NCBI GenBank assembly: GCA_043228905.1
Contig: JBHGNT010000015.1
Coordinates: forward strand, 2,852,001-2,916,000
DNA length: 64,000 bases
Direction of reading: 5' to 3'
DNA from: Azolla caroliniana
Taxonomy: Eukaryota; Plantae; Polypodiophyta
Both the position numbers and the translations under genes were made by a program. The notes under the pieces are model-generated. The model was given only the letters and a program-made list of their open reading frames with translations, ran no database searches and had not been told where the DNA came from. This document shows positions 59,733-64,000 of the stretch, in pieces (the first letter of the stretch is position 1; every line of letters starts with the position of its first letter).

Positions 59733-60700
59733 AGTGGTTGATGCATATGCTTCTCGTTCATCATGGCCCGCGCTACTTTGAGGATGTGCCGATTTTTGCG
59801 CTTGGCTACTCCGTTTTGTTGCGGAGTGTGTCGGCAAGTGAATTCTCGCTGAATTCCTTCCTTTCGAAGATACACCGTGAAATTGTTCAAGAAGTACTCC
59901 TTGCCGCCATCCGATCGAAGGCATCGTACATGACGACTAGTGGCTTTTTCGACTTCATTTTTAAACTTTTGGAGGTATCCGAACACTTCGCTCTTTTGCC
60001 GCAGTAGATAGAGCAACGTGTGCCTGGAGAAGTCATCGATGAAGAGCATGTAATATCGACATCCGCCGACTATAGCCGTCTGCGCCGGTCCCTTATATGT
60101 CAGAATGGACTAAGTTGAGTAGACCTTTGCTCACGTTCCGCTCTTTCGGGAATGGGTGTCGGTGTTGCTTGCCGAATTGGCACGCTTCGCATACACCTTC
60201 AATCTCCTTCTCTTTGAATGTCGGGAGTCCGATGACGACTCCTTTCGATTTCATTGCTTTGAGTTTGTTGAGATTGATGTGGCCGATTCGATTTCATTGC
60301 TCTATGTCGGAGTCGGCTTTCGTGCTTTTTGCGAACATGGCGGATTTCATCTCGTGTGAATCGAGAATGAACATCCGGCCCTCTCTTCTTCCGCGCACGA
60401 TGATTCGGCCCTCTTTTTCGATGAAGCACCCTTCTTGGTCGAATCGTACTTGCATCCCTTGCTCAACCAATTGGCCGACCGAGACCAAATTCTTCGTGAT
60501 GGTGGGAACATGCAAGACATTTTTAATGTATGTTTGCTTACCTCTTTCGCCGAATGGAACATTACCGATGTGCTAAATCGGGTGCGTAGTGTCATCTCCG
60601 GTTTCAACATAATTGAGTCGCTCTGGCTCTCGAAGTTCGAGAAACCATTCTTTATGAGATGTCATATGGTTTGAGGCTCTTGAGTCAACAAACCATACGT

Positions 60701-61543
60701 TGTCGTGCCTTTCGGCTGCGGATCATTGCGTGAGTCGGGTGGGAACCACCGGGGTTTTGGACTAGGAGGAGGAAGAATTTGAGGCTAATCTAGTTATGAA
60801 TATGAATAGATTATAAGAAAGAGATATAGAAACTTGTGAATCCCACAAGTATAATTGTTTTAGTTTATCTTAATCGTAGTAATAAATTGAAATAGTTTAG
60901 AATAGATTAGAGTAGATTGAGAAAAGAGATCGAACCTTGTGAATCCCACAAGTATTACATTAATCAATATTTATGTAAGAATATGAATTTAGATTGAAAG
61001 AGATAGATTATATAAAACTTTGTGCATCCCACGATTCTATTTTATTATTGGTGTTTTAGGAAATATATCCAATTTCCCAAATATTTCACACCTATTACAT
61101 TGTGCTCCCCATCCTTATATGGTGATGAGGGAGTCTTCACAATCCATGCTTTTTTTTATAACTATAGACTCCATGCTTTTCCTATGGATAGACTATATGC
61201 TTTATCTAAAGTGATCATGCTTTTCCTATCTTGTGCGTTTTTTATCGACTATAGCGTTCATGCACGCTAGATATGCATGCATAGCTTTTTCTTTTAGCAT
61301 GCATTTTTCTTTTAACTAAAGTTTGTCCTACGTGAACTTAACTTTCTATGTGGGACATCTACTTTTTAAAACTAATGAAATGCTAGTGTAATTGAAGGTT
61401 TCACATTATTAACATGGAGGTGCAAGGTTCGAATCTTGCCCTATGCATGTATGATTTATTTGGACATTTTCTTCTATTTCTTCATATTTACTAAAACGTT
61501 ACTTTATAAGTTTTTCATGTAGTGTACGAAATACACTACGACA
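60701..61543. mobile_element. 843-bp non-coding insertion with TGTCGT/ACGACA termini and 4-bp TSD
   Basis: TSD ACGT at 60697-60700 and 61544-61547; removing the insert restores Copia PEDVWFVDS. Confidence 0.85.
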
Positions 61544-63890
61544 ACGTCCTCCGGATTGAGGGCACTAGTTGAGGTAGAGGCCGACATAGAGTTTGCTCTA
61601 TGTTTCATCATGAACATTCCGCCACGATCTTCGTAGTCGGAGTTCTGCCCGTACATTCCGCTATACTCTTCGTAGTCGGAATTGTGCGCGTAATTCGTGA
61701 GTTGTCGGCTTGTGGAGGCCGATTCACGCATCTTCTTTCGACACTCTTCTTCGTGGTGGCCGAGCTTTCCGCAATATCCGCATTCGGTTACGTTTTGACG
61801 GCTCGAGCCGGAGTGGAAGCTCCCCCTTCTTGCGAAGGTTCCTCGTTGGCTTCCGTTTTGCGGCCGAAATTGGGAGTTGTTGTCGTAGGTCGGACCTCGT
61901 CCGCCTTGTCCTTGGCCGAATTGGCCTCTCATTCGTCCGCGTCCTCTTCCTCCGTTCGAGTGTGTGTAGAGCATGTGGCCTTCCGATTCATTGCTCCTTG
62001 TACACACGTGGTTTTCTTCAACCAATAGCATGGATTGGAGCTCGAAGAAGGAGGGAGATTTCTCCCTTGCTAGAACGGCGGTTCGCATCGCGCCAAACCG
62101 TGCTACGAGGCCGCCGAGGCATATTTGCACCATCTCATCATCATCGATATTTACGCTTATCGAGCCAAGCGAGTCGCAAAGCTTCTTGATCTTCAAGGTG
62201 TATGCTGTGATGGACATGTCCCTCTGTTGAGTGTTGTTCAACTCTTGGCGGAGTTGAAGCTTCCTTGCGGTCGTGTTGGCGGCGAAAATCTTTTGTAGAT
62301 TTTCCCACGCTTCCTTCGGCGTCTCGCCTTCTCGAATGTAACCGAGCATGTGGTCATGAACACATGTTGCCAAGCAATACATTACTCGACTCGCCACTTG
62401 CTCCCATGTTGAGTAGTCGGCGTCTTCCGGGTCAGGTCGGTTTTCTTGTGCTCCCTTGATGTAACCCCAATAGCCTTGGCCGACAAGGTATTGGTACATC
62501 TTCTACTCCCAAGATGCGAAGTTGTTTCAGTCCAACTTCTCGCTAGGGAGAGCGCTCCCCATTTGAGTATGCATGGTGTTCGATGTAGATTTCTTCCTTC
62601 TTCTTCTCTCTTGAATACGAGCTATGTAGTCTCACTACGATAGCGATGAGTCGGCTCTTCTTGAACGTCGGCGTAGAGCTCAACACACGCGGATGGGCTA
62701 GATGGAGCTACCAAACCGCTCTGATACCATGTAAAGAATCAAGAGATGGATTCTATGCAGCGGAATAGATATGAGTTGTGTGTGTGTATGAGAGAGAGAG
62801 AGTGTGTGTGGGAGAGATAAGGAGTAAGACACAAAGAATACGTAATGTAAAGTATATTAACAAAGAAGAAAGACTCAACATTATACAAGGTGGGAGGAGG
62901 GTGCTTTATATAGTCATCACCCTCTCTCTTCATTAACTACAAGACTCATGTAGCATGGGGAATGTGAAAGCTCATAAGTTATGTGTCATAGAATATGATT
63001 CTATGACTCATACTAAATGCTAGAATACAAAGTGGTGACATAATGGTGACTCTTGACCGTTGGAGTGTCTATTCACTCTCAAGGTGAGTTCACACACTAG
63101 ACCAAGTTGAGCTTGATTCTCAACACATGGCATGGACTACTAGGCTTACTTATGTTATTAGAAGTAATAATGGAGCTTGAAGTAGGGTTTTCTTGGGCAC
63201 TTACTTGGTATACTTGACGTCTAGGTTTATGCAGACAATTCACGACTATATGCCATGGACCCCCACAATATAGACATCAGCGGTGTGCTCGACGTCATTG
63301 CTTCTTAGCATCCGATAAGGGCCCCCCAACGTTGTGTTGAATCTATTTCCATTGGAGTTGGGTCATCCCTCATGATGAATTTAGAAACTTGTGGAGGTGT
63401 TGCGACTATAGAAGCGTACGTTTGTTCTAGTTGACGGCGCAACATTTGTTGGTGCTCCGAGCGTCGCTCAAATAGGCAATTATCACATCGCACAACTCGA
63501 CTAATTGTCTCTGTAAGAGATTTTGGATCTTCATGAAAGGTAAGAAGAAGATCTTTGACATCATTACGCAAACCTTGACGGAATTGATCCATTAGAGCCA
63601 CCTTATCCCAAGGGATATCGCATGCGAAGTGATGAAAATCGGCTGCATAAGCCGACGCGGGACGATCTCCTTGTTGGAGCCTTTGAATCTTGTTTATTGT
63701 CATCCTAGTGTTGTCAGGAGTAATCCTGAAACTTCTAGAATGTTCCAGAGAAATCTGGAATATACATTACTTTCTTATAATAAAACATAAATGAAAATAA
63801 TACCTTATGAATTACAATAGATGGTGTGATGGTTAAGAGCTCGACCCATATACCATAAGGTTATGGGTTCGAGTCTTGCCATATCACGAC

Positions 63891-64000
63891 GAGTGGAACG
63901 AGTCGGCGTTGTTCGCGAACCAGGTTTTGCCGGATACTTTCGGTGGAAATCAGCAAGCAAATCCTGAGCATTGGCAACATGCTCGACGGGTTCCCAAGTG
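63891..64000 (-). mobile_element. Chromodomain C-terminus of a further chromovirus extending out of the window
   Basis: TWEPVEHVANAQDLLADFHRKYPAKPG. Confidence 0.85.

Larger units (their letters stand above)
46350..63125 (-). mobile_element. Copia element (decayed) nested in the outer chromovirus
   Basis: LTRs 46350-46742 and 62730-63125, TSD CATGG, PBS-Met 62718-62729, gag 61504-62499, RT 58334-59410, RNase H 46954-47334. Confidence 0.95.
44958..63890 (-). mobile_element. Outer Tcn1-like chromovirus (Gypsy), decayed; RT/protease 44958-46349, gag 63126-63712, partial LTR 63713-63890
   Basis: LDSRAN protease, DLRSAYN, WKTAFRT, YLDDIL, gag PTPMEID. The gag frame is continuous across the Copia insertion (SPC|HENRFDVLSQ). 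Confidence 0.85.

Overview
AT-rich, TE-dominated land-plant nuclear DNA, probably from a fern or other non-seed plant (inferred from Tcn1-like chromoviruses and a PLS-type PPR remnant). It holds one intact host gene, a 6-exon SPX-RING E3 ligase (BAH1/NLA-like, 22821-26120), a possible second spliced gene, and RPP3 and PPR pseudogenes. The rest is nested Copia and Gypsy LTR elements (one intact young Copia), a Penelope-like element with a hammerhead ribozyme, and three copies of a TIR DNA transposon family. The most notable signal is that this transposon family carries a decayed, intron-containing, bacterial-type (beta-class N4C/N6A) DNA amino-methyltransferase gene. That gene is oriented divergently from a putative Sola-like transposase gene, across an array of about 25 helically phased 25-bp palindromes, and the same palindromes sit at the centre of a 3-kb foldback. 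Also notable: chromovirus LTRs that end in a tRNA-like Pol III promoter although the element appears to self-prime. All assignments were made by eye; no searches were run.
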